Virus record (IMG/VR): IMGVR_UViG_3300035208_005087
Coordinates: 1 to 64,000 of that record
Origin: a virus
Taxonomy: Duplodnaviria > Caudoviricetes
Strand: one strand, 5' to 3'
Length of the DNA stretch: 64,000 nucleotides
Shown here: positions 28,101 to 38,123 of the stretch, piece by piece
How positions within the stretch are numbered: the first letter of the stretch is position 1
Layout: the number at the start of each line of letters is the position of its first letter
Position numbers and translations under genes: made by a program
Notes under the pieces: model-generated
Told to the model about the DNA's origin: nothing
Seen by the model: the letters and a program-made list of their open reading frames with translations, nothing else
Databases searched by the model: none

Positions 28101-28730
28101 CTCAAAGATACTTGTGGCCGGTTTAATCAAGTCTATGAAGTAGTACATATCTTGTATATATGTTCCTACATTTGCCAATGTACCGGTGCCCCCTTCTTTC
28201 ATAAAGATCTCAGCTATTAGACGATGTACATCTTTTATTGAAGCTCGTACCCCTTTTTTTCGGGCATCAAGGTACATCTCTTTTACTACTACGGGCACAC
28301 CTAAAATATCCGACAGGGATCCATTTATATTCGATAAGGTGCTCCCGCCAAAATACGCTTTTTTCACTTTCAATAAGAAAGCCCTGTATGTTTCGTCGGT
28401 GTATTGCGCCCCTCCCGCCTTCTCATCAACAAAGAGTAGGTCCCCTAAAATCTGAAAAAGGAATTCTGGGCGGGTTTTTGTGTAGAACTGGTCGTCTGCG
28501 ATAAGCTGCGCAGATTTAAGGGCCTTTTCTCTCTCAGTACAGAAAGCTGAATAGAGCTGAGCTATCTTAGTCGTAGGTACCTCAGGGTAGTTGTCTGCTA
28601 GGTTTCCTAGCATACGTCTTACCGCCTCGGGGACCTTTCCTTGTATTTCTTTTTCAAACTCAGCACCTGTGGGGAACCTAAGTTCCCCCAGTTCTGCTAA
28701 CTTCTTTTTATAGCCGTTATCTTGCGCCAC
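25197..28730 (-). CDS. Baseplate wedge-like protein with repeated Ig-like modules
   Basis: TDETYRAFL...GGST wedge-type motif, DLIKPA; duplicated EDIxVYLxG...GxxxLxFxPPxGxxxEIxYY modules. Confidence 0.7.
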   Translation of the reverse strand: MAQDNGYKKKLAELGELRFPTGAEFEKEIQGKVPEAVRRMLGNLADNYPEVPTTKIAQLYSAFCTEREKALKSAQLIADDQFYTKTRPEFLFQILGDLLFVDEKAGGAQYTDETYRAFLLKVKKAYFGGSTLSNINGSLSDILGVPVVVKEMYLDARKKGVRASIKDVHRLIAEIFMKEGGTGTLANVGTYIQDMYYFIDLIKPATSIFETHLIWEESYAIGGCPGGVLTEDANGNREGYVYTDLPNRVFALYQIGIGDIDSLQGLVSDEWVEGVILDVDTYAGVITLQGGTELVINPLTLVYTSDVDGVYRTEIEELAPGQQVLFLGREAQGSFIFHEGATPQEIQDNWYAQFNPLVIESPVFQANVVKERDEHGDRVAIKACGQNIMAQDKRNVLLPMYEDMRDNCDYPTPKLRKLEIVVPRLEGYEEGDGVVTIPAGVTIGSTEDPIIVEGVPIVNKEGEVAVKEDIVVYLDGQLVEGAVLSVEPWEGVILLSFIPPAGSRIEIQYYTQGAYPVQVSQEYVEYLPPSEEGPFLDLKAKVSSISGEGHVIRFQWPFPLVDKTLYGNAASYQIAKYPLLGKEGNLASVEDIKVYLNGVELTGAIEFIRPLLGHVQLTFTPPLGMPLEIVYYYQDKKRTYPFITNSDQHFTNTVYGSRSPFTLETNPDVPEGKEFNPNANLDQYRKPLEISYRFRAFDSTQSSVVSSKDTGVLNAFEIPGKKGSWAGSMNNLNRYNVHFSGEYLYDTNKYIELNDDYLFNNLKALLVLRKGIPPFYRSFTSTASYAFRNMVENGASVDEAFGFNVPAGVTVENRPSGLIEYVSTNKYIEKGRAKIFTGLKEALTSEGYDVQLSSLCDDRGFELGFKVEEEYYPNREVRLNDYKDYIERIAGDALEGSLKAIQGSPLLKAGVGVDWRYIQKGSLIQIDGIEYTISNVRDRESLVISRPFLSEKGDYDFIITPLKVEKIDVLLNAVVRRCVVPIGGLFPTGFPLQQDYLVTAFPDPDPDPYPRNKNNPNLPIPASPLLTSDISDEGGEAQFLLDEDTADKMVKFRNWDQSLIVINPGIIEEEFQDPMDDTSEGSVYLYWSIGDADFVEYTFRGLVLMTREEVGEVSAADYPHAVVALKNDEDTQGLSDTTMTLVRVVVRQVLDDNSVDMLAFDELVRIPPEPPLVPGET

Positions 28731-28746
28731 TGCTGTCTTCTCCCCT

Positions 28747-31700
28747 CTATTTGATTAAAGGCATGCCGGGAACTTTATATAAAGAAATTACGGAGCCTTC
28801 AGGGGCTGTTCCTATTCTAAGGTCATTCTCTAATCTTTCGTTTTTAACGGTAGTGGCCATTGCCAATAACACCTCCCCTGTAAGGACGGGGTTGGTCGAT
28901 ATGGATGACACCCTTACCAAAAAAGGAACCATTAGCTTTCTAGGGTTACCTATGAGCATTTCCTCAGCTTTAAACACCAGGGCTTCTGAAGATGTGCGAT
29001 AGAAAGACCTACCAAAGTTGTCTAGCCCAGGGTTTGCCAGTTGTATCTCTTGTCCAGGGTGTCTTGTCACTCTTAGCGGTAAAGACACAAAGCCTTCCTC
29101 TTCCGAGAAGCTATTAAAGTCTAACCCAAAGAGATTATAGAAGTACGCCTGGTTCACAATACTGTTGTCTGGGTTGGGGATATCTGCTAGAGGGCTCTTA
29201 TAGAAGGTATTTCTAAAACCCCCTCCATTACCCACCGAGGATATAAACATATTCTTTGGTCCCTCTACTACCTCCACGGATAGCCAAGAAGGTAGCGGGT
29301 TGATAGTTTGAGGTGCGGGGGTTTTATACGAGATTCGCACACCCGTACTCCCTCCATCCACTTTACTATTTTCCTCTACTAATAAGCACACCAACAACTC
29401 CGCATCCGCATCAGATTCTGTAGGGGTTAGCGCGGTTATATACCCATTACTGTCCACAGTTATTGAAACCGCTACAGTTTCCCCAGGGGTATCGCCATCA
29501 GTTATCTTCCAAGCATACGGAACCCTGCCTTCTAACCGGGGCATTGAAGAAATTCCTACCACGGATAAGGTTCCTGGTATTAGGTATTCCCCGTCCACAA
29601 GGTCCACCGTGGTTAGCATGCTCTTATATAAAGCCTCCACGCTCTTTACCCCGCTATCAAATACAGCCACATTCCCATTCCTTACAGCTTCAATAGATTC
29701 CCCGTTATTCTGCGTAGTATTACCTACGTCAACCCCCGATAGCCCTGTATCGGTAGTCACCTCGGCAATGATCTCTATAACAGACCCCTCTACTACCGTG
29801 TAGGTGGAAGCAAGGAAAACTTTTAGTTCGCTCTCCTCCGTTCCATCTATTTTAAGCATCCTATAAATCCCACCGTCCTTAACGTTTCGTATTTCTCGGA
29901 CAGCCAGCACAAAGTACCCCTCTATGTTTCGAGGTATAATCACTTCCGTTGAGTTTGAGGCAATTTCTTGGTATAAGTGCACACGTACCTTAGAAGCACA
30001 GTGTTCCTGGGTATCCCCAAAGGTTTCTGCCGAGACCTCTACGTAGTCGGTTAATCCTTGTACACCGGAAGACAATCTTCTGACTATTTGGCTAGTCACC
30101 CCCGTATCTACAGCTAAGTAATTTACAGAGCTGTTAGGCGATCCTAGTACAAAGTTTTTCACCTGTAAGGGTTGCGTAGGGTTGTTTACTAGGGCCTTCT
30201 TGCTGTAGTCTATATATGCTCCCTTAATTACGTAGTAAACCCCACTCCCTTGTGCCACTTCTTCACCAAAGGAGAATGTTACTTGAGAGGTACCTAGACC
30301 ACTAAACACTCCAGGGATTTCCGTCCCATCTACGAGAGGGTCTTCAGACGCATATGTTGCTGAAAAATAAGAAATATCATTATGGTACATCCCCTCTACT
30401 AGAACCTCGAAAGTTAATGATACTAAGGGCTCCTCCCCTTCTTCTGGGGCAGCTATGCCTTCTTGCGACCCTCCTATATACACAGGGTCCGCTAAAACCG
30501 CCTCAGTGTTGTACGACCCATCAAATATGGTGTCCATCACAGAATCTTCCAATTCCTCTGAGTATGTCAGCAAAGACCCCACTTGGCCCCCTTTTGCAGA
30601 GGATTTCCCAAGGGAAGTTCTTAGTTTCCCTTTAAACAGGTCATCTACGGTTCTCCCTAATACCTCAGTAGCAACAAAGTTTGAGATGTTTTTCCGGATA
30701 TCCAGGAGATCGTCAAGAATGATATCCTCATACACTAAGCCATCTGGTCTTATTGCGTTTACGGCTTCAACAGAAGAACCGTTTATGTTAGTATTGGGGT
30801 TGTATGGCTGCTGATTTCTGCGAGACACAATAAACATCGGAATAGCATAAGAGTACCCGTCCACAGTATTCCTACAAGGAGCCCTCCATAATCCGTAGTC
30901 CCCGTTCACACTTCCCATGTTTTGGAAAGAATAACTGCCTGCACCCAGCACAGAGGTATTAGGTCCCCTACTGAATACATACGAGGCTCCAAGGCCCGCA
31001 TCTCTGTTTGCCGTGGGATCTATCCCCTCCACCACTCTTATTCGGTACTGTATTTGAGTACGTGCGGAGGTCTCTACCTTAATATCTGGGTGTACCGCAT
31101 TATTTATTAAGTTCAAAGAGGAGGGCGAGGATAAGTTACCGTGGGCGTACACTTTCCTTTGTATCACTTTCACTAAATTCGTGTCTTGGGCGACCCATGG
31201 GTCGGGTAGTAACGCACTGTCATACTTAGATATCTCTCCCTGGGCGCCTACTATCCACCCTATGGAGCTTCCTCTAAAGGCAACCCCTAGCACATTAAAG
31301 GACACCTTAGCGTCCGCTCTGGCCCAGCGGGCACCACCATTTTGGGATGTTAGCACGGTGCCTCCATCTCCCACTATCCATACCACATCCCCCATGGAGA
31401 ATCTTATCTCTGCAGATTCACCCGCAGAGATACTCTCGGACTCATCATGAGACAAGTATGCTGTATCGGAATAGGCCAAGCTTGCCTGAAATATTCGAGA
31501 ACCTCCATCCTCTAAAGCATTTATGGCATTAACTAGGTCTACATCTTTTTCATACTCTGCCAAATTTAACCGGACACGGATATCCATCTCCCCCGTCCCA
31601 ACCTTTCTATAGTACAGGTCAAGAGACGTCGGATTGATAGTATAGGACGCACTCGAGAAATTGTTAGTATCGTACAACGATAGTGATATACGGAGAGGGT

Positions 31701-32871
31701 ACGACTTAATTACCTCGATGTCATTAAGATTCTGGGTTGTTTTTGTGTACACCCCTGCTTCCTCGTCATATATAGTCTCAGACACATTGGCCCACCGACT
31801 ACCTCCATCTGTTGTCCTTAGTATAAGGCCTCCATCTCCTACCACCCAGCCATCACTTAGATTCACGAACCGGACGCCATTTAATTTTGTCGAGACCTTC
31901 TTCTCTTTTGTAGGATTGGCTTCATCTGGAATGTTTATAGCATACCTCTTCCACGACTTGCCACCATCTAAGGTTCTTAAGTACAAGCCGTTTTTACCAC
32001 ACGCCCAGCCTATGGACCTGTCATAAAAATGTACGGACAGTAAATCATCTGCAGCCTGCTCCGTTCCTGTGATAAGCTCAAAATTGAACATATCCTGAGA
32101 GCGCAATACAGTACCACGACTTCCTACAACGACCACCAACCCCTGGTCTACGATAGCTATACTATGCAAGTCATCAGCCACCGGTAGCCCGATTTTAGCC
32201 CAAGAGACCCCTTCGTTATCCGTTTTGTACAAGGACCCCCCGTCTCCTACTAAAAGTCCAGTTTTTTGTGTAAGAAACTGGATATCCCTAATAGTGTAGG
32301 ATGTCGGTGCCGGTTGGGTTAGCCAGGTCACCCCACCATTGGTAGTCTTCAACAAGATACCGTTTTCCCCTACCGCCCACGCTTTGTTTTCGTCTACCAC
32401 CCACACACTTCGTAGCGTACCTACTATGCTCGTATCGGTGGGTGTGGTGACTCCTGCCATCTGGTCATCTACTAAACCTCTCCACACCTCTAAAAATACT
32501 CCATCCGCCCTTGATCCTGCGACCAAAGGAAACTCGGATAAGTCTATCTTATTAGAGTGCTCTTCCGTTGTGTTGGTGTTCGCAACATACACCGGCCATC
32601 CGTTTACCATCGCCATTTCGGGTTCTGCCGTTTTCGGGTTTTGGGTATAAAACACTTCACCAAGGCCTGGCTCCGCATAAGGTTTTTTCATAGACACCCA
32701 ACCAGAGCCTCGAAAAGACGCTGTCTTCTTGGTCAAGTCCTGCTGCAGTTGTTGTCCCAAGTTTAACTCGGAATCCAGTATGGGTCGCCCAGCCTGAAAC
32801 ACCACCGAGTCAAAATTATAGTTCTCACTATTAAAAGTATGGGAAACGTCTTGTCCTAAATTCTTTGTCAT
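28747..32871 (-). CDS. Baseplate/tail fibre-associated protein with YCF48/BNR-type beta-propeller
   Basis: N-terminal VFQAGRPILDSELN; repeated GWxVGxxGxILxTxDGGxxW blades. Confidence 0.8.
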   Translation of the reverse strand: MTKNLGQDVSHTFNSENYNFDSVVFQAGRPILDSELNLGQQLQQDLTKKTASFRGSGWVSMKKPYAEPGLGEVFYTQNPKTAEPEMAMVNGWPVYVANTNTTEEHSNKIDLSEFPLVAGSRADGVFLEVWRGLVDDQMAGVTTPTDTSIVGTLRSVWVVDENKAWAVGENGILLKTTNGGVTWLTQPAPTSYTIRDIQFLTQKTGLLVGDGGSLYKTDNEGVSWAKIGLPVADDLHSIAIVDQGLVVVVGSRGTVLRSQDMFNFELITGTEQAADDLLSVHFYDRSIGWACGKNGLYLRTLDGGKSWKRYAINIPDEANPTKEKKVSTKLNGVRFVNLSDGWVVGDGGLILRTTDGGSRWANVSETIYDEEAGVYTKTTQNLNDIEVIKSYPLRISLSLYDTNNFSSASYTINPTSLDLYYRKVGTGEMDIRVRLNLAEYEKDVDLVNAINALEDGGSRIFQASLAYSDTAYLSHDESESISAGESAEIRFSMGDVVWIVGDGGTVLTSQNGGARWARADAKVSFNVLGVAFRGSSIGWIVGAQGEISKYDSALLPDPWVAQDTNLVKVIQRKVYAHGNLSSPSSLNLINNAVHPDIKVETSARTQIQYRIRVVEGIDPTANRDAGLGASYVFSRGPNTSVLGAGSYSFQNMGSVNGDYGLWRAPCRNTVDGYSYAIPMFIVSRRNQQPYNPNTNINGSSVEAVNAIRPDGLVYEDIILDDLLDIRKNISNFVATEVLGRTVDDLFKGKLRTSLGKSSAKGGQVGSLLTYSEELEDSVMDTIFDGSYNTEAVLADPVYIGGSQEGIAAPEEGEEPLVSLTFEVLVEGMYHNDISYFSATYASEDPLVDGTEIPGVFSGLGTSQVTFSFGEEVAQGSGVYYVIKGAYIDYSKKALVNNPTQPLQVKNFVLGSPNSSVNYLAVDTGVTSQIVRRLSSGVQGLTDYVEVSAETFGDTQEHCASKVRVHLYQEIASNSTEVIIPRNIEGYFVLAVREIRNVKDGGIYRMLKIDGTEESELKVFLASTYTVVEGSVIEIIAEVTTDTGLSGVDVGNTTQNNGESIEAVRNGNVAVFDSGVKSVEALYKSMLTTVDLVDGEYLIPGTLSVVGISSMPRLEGRVPYAWKITDGDTPGETVAVSITVDSNGYITALTPTESDADAELLVCLLVEENSKVDGGSTGVRISYKTPAPQTINPLPSWLSVEVVEGPKNMFISSVGNGGGFRNTFYKSPLADIPNPDNSIVNQAYFYNLFGLDFNSFSEEEGFVSLPLRVTRHPGQEIQLANPGLDNFGRSFYRTSSEALVFKAEEMLIGNPRKLMVPFLVRVSSISTNPVLTGEVLLAMATTVKNERLENDLRIGTAPEGSVISLYKVPGMPLIK

Positions 32872-32886
32872 TTTTTATACCCGTAT

Positions 32887-35800
32887 TCAATTTGTTTCTG
32901 CTGAAGCATCTACTAAAATGCTGTTACTACCTACCACCAAACTCTCAGTAACCCCTGCCTTTATATCCGCAGCATAGTCTTCCCCAGGCTCTAAAAAGGT
33001 ATAATATGTCGCAGAATACTCCTTGGTCTGAGGAGGTGTCCCATCCGTTGTGCTTACGATTATTCTACCATCTGCTAGGATATATGACCGACCAAGTGCT
33101 GTGGAAACGTCCAAAGGGCTCCCCGCTGTTACTAAGGCCCTCTCGTTCTCATACACAGCCCTAAATAAATTAACATCACCCCCGCCATCTACCGTACCAT
33201 AATTTAGCACAGGACGCAAAGACACATAGGAGGTCACTCCACGATTAGCATTGGTGTTGTAAACCACAAAGTCGGCAAAGCCTAAGTAATCCATTTGGAT
33301 CAAAGAACCGTTTTGTTTCATCATCCTTGGGATCGGTAAGTGTACCGTTCGTACTCCTGGCACATCCTTTACCATCTTTATCATGTCATCTAGGTTTATG
33401 CCCTCACCCACCTTTAATGAACTTATGTGGTTAGCGAGTATTGTCTGTATTTTACTTTTAACAACATCCTCGGAAAATCCTCGTTCTCTTATCACCTGTA
33501 TAGCAATGTCTACGAAATTCTGGATACACCCCTTCACCGCGATGTCTGCTGTACTATTGCGGGCACTTTCTAAAGCCTCTTGTACCCTCTGTAAGGCCTC
33601 ATTTACTGTGTAGGTCACTGTGAGATTTTGAGAGTGACTGTAAGACAGATACACCTGTGAACCTGCCCTGATTTTGCTGAAAGGCTGTAAGTACAAATAT
33701 GTGTACCCCTGAAGTCCACCCTTCCCTATAGTATAATCCACGTCTCTCTGGTACACATAAAAACCTTCACTATCCGCAGACACCACTAAAGAGTCCGCAT
33801 CTACCCCTTTCTTGACAATGCGTATAGGCTGCGTACTTAAGAATAAATAGGCCTCCGCCGTTACTTGCCTTGTGGACTCCGAGGGAAACCCATTATAAAA
33901 CTCTATGGCTACGCCATCCCTAGCCTTAGTGGAATTCCCTAAAAGCAACGGGTCCTCTAATTTGACAAGGCTATAGCTTTCCGTGGGTAACTCCCCATCT
34001 ATATCCCCCACTACAGAGACAATAGCATTCACAGGCTGGTTCTCCAGCACATAAGTATTAGACCCCCTAAACCGGTAGTCCACTTCTATAACATCTAAGG
34101 TAGCCATGCCTATAGACAAGTTTTTAGAGTTTTGAGCAAGCTGAATGCTATCCCCGCTGCCCGTGCCCACTAAAGCCCCTGCTGTATCGTACGCCGCCCC
34201 CCTTGTCACATTAACTACTTTCACTACCTCAAAGATAGGAGTAGAGGGTGTCACAAGAGAGTTATTCGTCCGGACCCTGAATAGATTTGCATCTTCTACA
34301 AAGAATTTTTCGCCAGCATTAGTCCCTGCCGGCCCGTCATAACTAAAGGCTATAATATCCTGTCTTTCTCCCAATATGGAGCTTTCCACATACACATCGA
34401 CTGTGCCACCTAGGTGCCTCCCCGTGTCGGGGTCCTTATCCCTCAGCATGTCCTCATCCCCTGACTGGACTACCCTAGCAGAACGCACCCCTGGAACACT
34501 TAAAGCTCTTAGCAGTATGCCTGTCTTAGTACCTGTGTCCAGCCCTGCAATTGCAAGCTGCGCTCTGTTTGCTAAGGAAAGGTTTGACTCTCGGTTCGTC
34601 CCTCCAAAAGTAGGACTGACATTCGTCACTCTGTAGCGAGAATCCGCCCCTGATACGATTTGGTTTATGGCACCCACGGGCACATTCCCTAAAGACCCAG
34701 CAGCATAGGATACTATCTCTACTTCGATCTCGTATCGCTGTTCTACTGGATTAAAGTAATTCTGTTTATTAGACTCATAAATCTTTTTAGTCCCTAATAC
34801 TATGAATCGTATAGCGGACCCATTAGTCCCGAACCCTGGACCCGTGGATAGCACCGCCCCATCGTTTATCACTAACCCCTCTGGAGGGACATCGGATGCG
34901 TACAGTAACGCCCTGCCTCTAGAGGGTTGGGCCTTTAAGCGGGTTATCTCATGGTTGGCAGCCTTCTTGTCGAAAAAAGAATCTATAAGCGCCTGTACCG
35001 CATTAGAGTCGGGCATCTTAAGAGCGCTCTTTAGTCTAGATTTCTTAATGGAAGTGTCTACAGGGTCCGACACTCCGTCCCCGTTTTCATCATCGAATTG
35101 GGCTAGGGTCTTAATGGAGGCTGTCTGTGCATAGAAGTCTTGTATGACGTAGTAGCTAGCAAACTCCTCACTAACAGGGTCTAAAATATCCCGATACACT
35201 GAAGATGGGATTAAGTTGGCGTCTTTGTTTTTGCCTCCTAGAATGCGTTGGATCATAGAACTAATTATCTGTTCTCTTGACCTCTCGGGCACATTACTGG
35301 GAGTTGCCGCAAAAGTTATAAATTTACCACTCACCTCTGTTGAATAGGGACTCTCGACTAGGTACCCCAACGTAGGCTCGTACACAATGGATGTAACTGT
35401 AAAGTAGAACACGGATTGATTGTCGTACGTAGAACTAGCTAGTAACCCTGTGGCTACCAACTCATCAAGCAGGCTTTTGTCTAAACGAAAGGTAAACTCC
35501 TCTCCTTTTAGCAACCCGCTCACCTTCGTCTCTACCACTAGTCCGTCCACTTCTGAAGACACCGACCGGATAGGGGCGGATATCTGTCTCGTCCCTGTGG
35601 GGAACTCTACATAGGAAGAGTTCATCAGACTATAACCACCAGCACCCCCGCCTGGAGTGTTAGACACATAGAAATTATACCCTATCAGATCCCCCGTATA
35701 GTTCTCAACAGAAACCCCTGCGCAGGCTACTTCTAAGTATTGGTTGTTTCTGCGTACTAATACACCCGTTGGTACTGGAGCTGATAGTATCCTGTCCGCT

Positions 35801-36174
35801 ATGGTAGTTAACGTCATCTTTATGTAAGTAGGTAGGCTTATCTCACCTGTCTCTGCGTCCATCGCAATAAACTCTACACATAAAGTATTACCTGGGGTCC
35901 ATGGCGCCCCTAGTACAGATGCCTTAAACGACCACGGGTATGGTGCCCCTGTGTCGAGTAAATCACCATCCTTGACCACTGTTATGGCTTCTTGTAAGTA
36001 CTCTCCCGTATAATTAGGGATCTCTCCTGTTCTCTCGTCTATGATGTCATATCTATAGCGGACATCGTTAGCCTCCGAGGATACTATTGTCCCCGAGACT
36101 ATTTGAGACTTTGAGGTAGTACGGAAGTTGTCGGTACTAGTGGGTATTAAAATTTGAGGAGCACTGATCGCCAT
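32887..36174 (-). CDS. Baseplate J-like (wedge) protein
   Basis: GSLGNVPVGAI, NVSPTFGGTNRES, VPGVRSARVV, GGTVDVYV, DVPGV motifs. Confidence 0.85.
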   Translation of the reverse strand: MAISAPQILIPTSTDNFRTTSKSQIVSGTIVSSEANDVRYRYDIIDERTGEIPNYTGEYLQEAITVVKDGDLLDTGAPYPWSFKASVLGAPWTPGNTLCVEFIAMDAETGEISLPTYIKMTLTTIADRILSAPVPTGVLVRRNNQYLEVACAGVSVENYTGDLIGYNFYVSNTPGGGAGGYSLMNSSYVEFPTGTRQISAPIRSVSSEVDGLVVETKVSGLLKGEEFTFRLDKSLLDELVATGLLASSTYDNQSVFYFTVTSIVYEPTLGYLVESPYSTEVSGKFITFAATPSNVPERSREQIISSMIQRILGGKNKDANLIPSSVYRDILDPVSEEFASYYVIQDFYAQTASIKTLAQFDDENGDGVSDPVDTSIKKSRLKSALKMPDSNAVQALIDSFFDKKAANHEITRLKAQPSRGRALLYASDVPPEGLVINDGAVLSTGPGFGTNGSAIRFIVLGTKKIYESNKQNYFNPVEQRYEIEVEIVSYAAGSLGNVPVGAINQIVSGADSRYRVTNVSPTFGGTNRESNLSLANRAQLAIAGLDTGTKTGILLRALSVPGVRSARVVQSGDEDMLRDKDPDTGRHLGGTVDVYVESSILGERQDIIAFSYDGPAGTNAGEKFFVEDANLFRVRTNNSLVTPSTPIFEVVKVVNVTRGAAYDTAGALVGTGSGDSIQLAQNSKNLSIGMATLDVIEVDYRFRGSNTYVLENQPVNAIVSVVGDIDGELPTESYSLVKLEDPLLLGNSTKARDGVAIEFYNGFPSESTRQVTAEAYLFLSTQPIRIVKKGVDADSLVVSADSEGFYVYQRDVDYTIGKGGLQGYTYLYLQPFSKIRAGSQVYLSYSHSQNLTVTYTVNEALQRVQEALESARNSTADIAVKGCIQNFVDIAIQVIRERGFSEDVVKSKIQTILANHISSLKVGEGINLDDMIKMVKDVPGVRTVHLPIPRMMKQNGSLIQMDYLGFADFVVYNTNANRGVTSYVSLRPVLNYGTVDGGGDVNLFRAVYENERALVTAGSPLDVSTALGRSYILADGRIIVSTTDGTPPQTKEYSATYYTFLEPGEDYAADIKAGVTESLVVGSNSILVDASAETN

Positions 36175-36176
36175 AA

Positions 36177-36917
36177 TTATCTAGCCCTATATTGTGTAAG
36201 TTCAAGTATCTGCTCATAGTCCAAACTCGCCCCGCTTTGGCTGGTGTACTGAACATACAAGTTAATCACCGAGGGGTCTTTCCCATCCTGTGTGGCCCTC
36301 ACTACTTCTATTGCATCGAGCACCTCATCGCCACTCACTTCAGGGTTTGCTTCCTGATGCTTTATCTGTACCCTTTTTAAGTTGCCCAAAGCGTTCTGGG
36401 CTCTAAATTCTATTTCTCTAAGAAGCACCGACACGTCCGTAATCTTGGACCCCAATAGTGTGGATATACCGCTACCCACCCAGGAATAATACTTGTTAGT
36501 GCCTACAGTCGTGATAATGGCCTTTTCCACACTTTGTGACAAGAGAGCTGTACCGCTTAATGTACGAACCACTCCAGGGGCGTCCTCTGCCAAGTCGTCC
36601 ACAAAACCTACACCCAGACACTTAGGACAAAAATTTATGTAAGTATAGTAATCCACGGTGTATAGGGCTCCGTCATATAGCTCTGGTTCGTTCAATAATA
36701 TCTTGTGGTATTTGTTTTCAAAAAGGAGCTGCTTGTCTTGTCTTAGCGTGTAACGAGTGGGAGAAACTTCCTCTCCAAACCGGTACAGAGAGACGGAAGC
36801 CTTTATGGATATGGGTAATTCTGGAGACAAAGTTATTCCATCTGGCCCCAAAACCAGGATCTCTCCTAGCAGTCTGTGGTCACATGTGTTTTGTATTCTG
36901 ATGTCTCGTGTTGCCAT
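36177..36917 (-). CDS. Baseplate wedge protein, gp25/GPW-like C-terminus
   Basis: LSQSVEKAIIT..GTNKYYSWVGS pattern; CPKC motif; position before baseplate J. Confidence 0.6.
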   Translation of the reverse strand: MATRDIRIQNTCDHRLLGEILVLGPDGITLSPELPISIKASVSLYRFGEEVSPTRYTLRQDKQLLFENKYHKILLNEPELYDGALYTVDYYTYINFCPKCLGVGFVDDLAEDAPGVVRTLSGTALLSQSVEKAIITTVGTNKYYSWVGSGISTLLGSKITDVSVLLREIEFRAQNALGNLKRVQIKHQEANPEVSGDEVLDAIEVVRATQDGKDPSVINLYVQYTSQSGASLDYEQILELTQYRAR

Positions 36918-36973
36918 ATAAAATGTAGGTTCTACCCAAGGGACATTCCTGGAGTTTTTATCTTTTTCTTCTG

Positions 36974-36995
36974 TTTTGGATTAGGAGATTATCCT
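36974..36995 (-). promoter_or_regulatory. Candidate phage late promoter motif (AGGATAATCTCCTAATCCAAAA)
   Basis: 21/22 identical to 23407-23428; upstream of the baseplate wedge operon. Confidence 0.6.
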
Positions 36996-38121
36996 ACGAG
37001 GACTGGTCTTCTGCTGCCAAGGACTTAAGGTCTGTTATCACTTTTTCCATATCCTTGAGATACCTTTTTACACCCTCTGATGTTTCACACCCTGACAAGG
37101 ATCTTTTTAGAGATGCGAACTTATTCTCTAAAAACACTACTTTTCTCTTTTTCTCTTCATCGTCATATTGCCTAATAGACTTCTTGAACCGGTTCTCTAG
37201 CATCTTATACTCGTATGAGGCTAGCACTTCAAGACCCTTTCCTTTTTGAAATACCTTTGTCTCTGCTGCAGCCCTTTCCAACTTCCCTGCCTCTTCTGCA
37301 CCTTGCACGCGCGCCCTTGTTAGTTGGTCATTGGTGAGGGCGGTTCTTCGCCTATTACAGAAATTGGACGAGTACGGCGCCTGCTTAGCTAGTAGCCAGT
37401 TATTGAAATCGGAAACTTTTTTAGACACAGCATCTACGGGTGCCGGAGTCAACCCCATTACTACGGCGTTTAACCCTATGGGAGTGCTTGAGCGGTCTCC
37501 TGTCATAACCGTATAGGCATATCTAGCCATTTCTTTCTTTTCCTTCTGTAACTCCTGAAGCTGTTGTAACTCCGCATCTCTAAGTATTTGTTCTTCTTTC
37601 GATATGGAGTCTATTATCCGTGCATTCTCTAATGAATACAAGGCCCCTTGTGCTCTATTGTTTGCAGAACTAGCCGTTCCCATATTACTCACCTGCCAAA
37701 CTTTCTTCATTATTTCCTGGTACCTCTTCAGCATAGCCTCCTGCGCTTTATGCACACTGTCCACTACATCGGGATTGTTCAGCAAACCTATCGCAGGTAG
37801 GCACTCAAACTTATCTAATTTATTTTGACTAAGGTATACCAATTCTTCTGGAAAGGTATTGAGGTATCGGTCCCTTATCTTCTTTATTTTAGCTTTTATG
37901 GTATATACCGCCTGCCCTATAGGTAATTCCCCCGCGGGTAAATCTTGATCCCTATCTCCCCACTCTAACTTTACCCCTAGCACTTTAGTCCAATCCCATT
38001 TGGATAAACCTGTCAGGTTATACTGAGCCAACATTTCGGAGACATCACTAAGGGCTTCCAATACCTTGAAAGCCTCCTTACTCAATATATCCAGTCTTTC
38101 TAATGGATCTATCTTAGCCAC
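36994..38121 (-). CDS. Hypothetical helical/coiled-coil protein
   Basis: 375-aa ORF within the structural cluster. Confidence 0.7.
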   Translation of the reverse strand: MAKIDPLERLDILSKEAFKVLEALSDVSEMLAQYNLTGLSKWDWTKVLGVKLEWGDRDQDLPAGELPIGQAVYTIKAKIKKIRDRYLNTFPEELVYLSQNKLDKFECLPAIGLLNNPDVVDSVHKAQEAMLKRYQEIMKKVWQVSNMGTASSANNRAQGALYSLENARIIDSISKEEQILRDAELQQLQELQKEKKEMARYAYTVMTGDRSSTPIGLNAVVMGLTPAPVDAVSKKVSDFNNWLLAKQAPYSSNFCNRRRTALTNDQLTRARVQGAEEAGKLERAAAETKVFQKGKGLEVLASYEYKMLENRFKKSIRQYDDEEKKRKVVFLENKFASLKRSLSGCETSEGVKRYLKDMEKVITDLKSLAAEDQSS

Positions 38122-38123
38122 TA

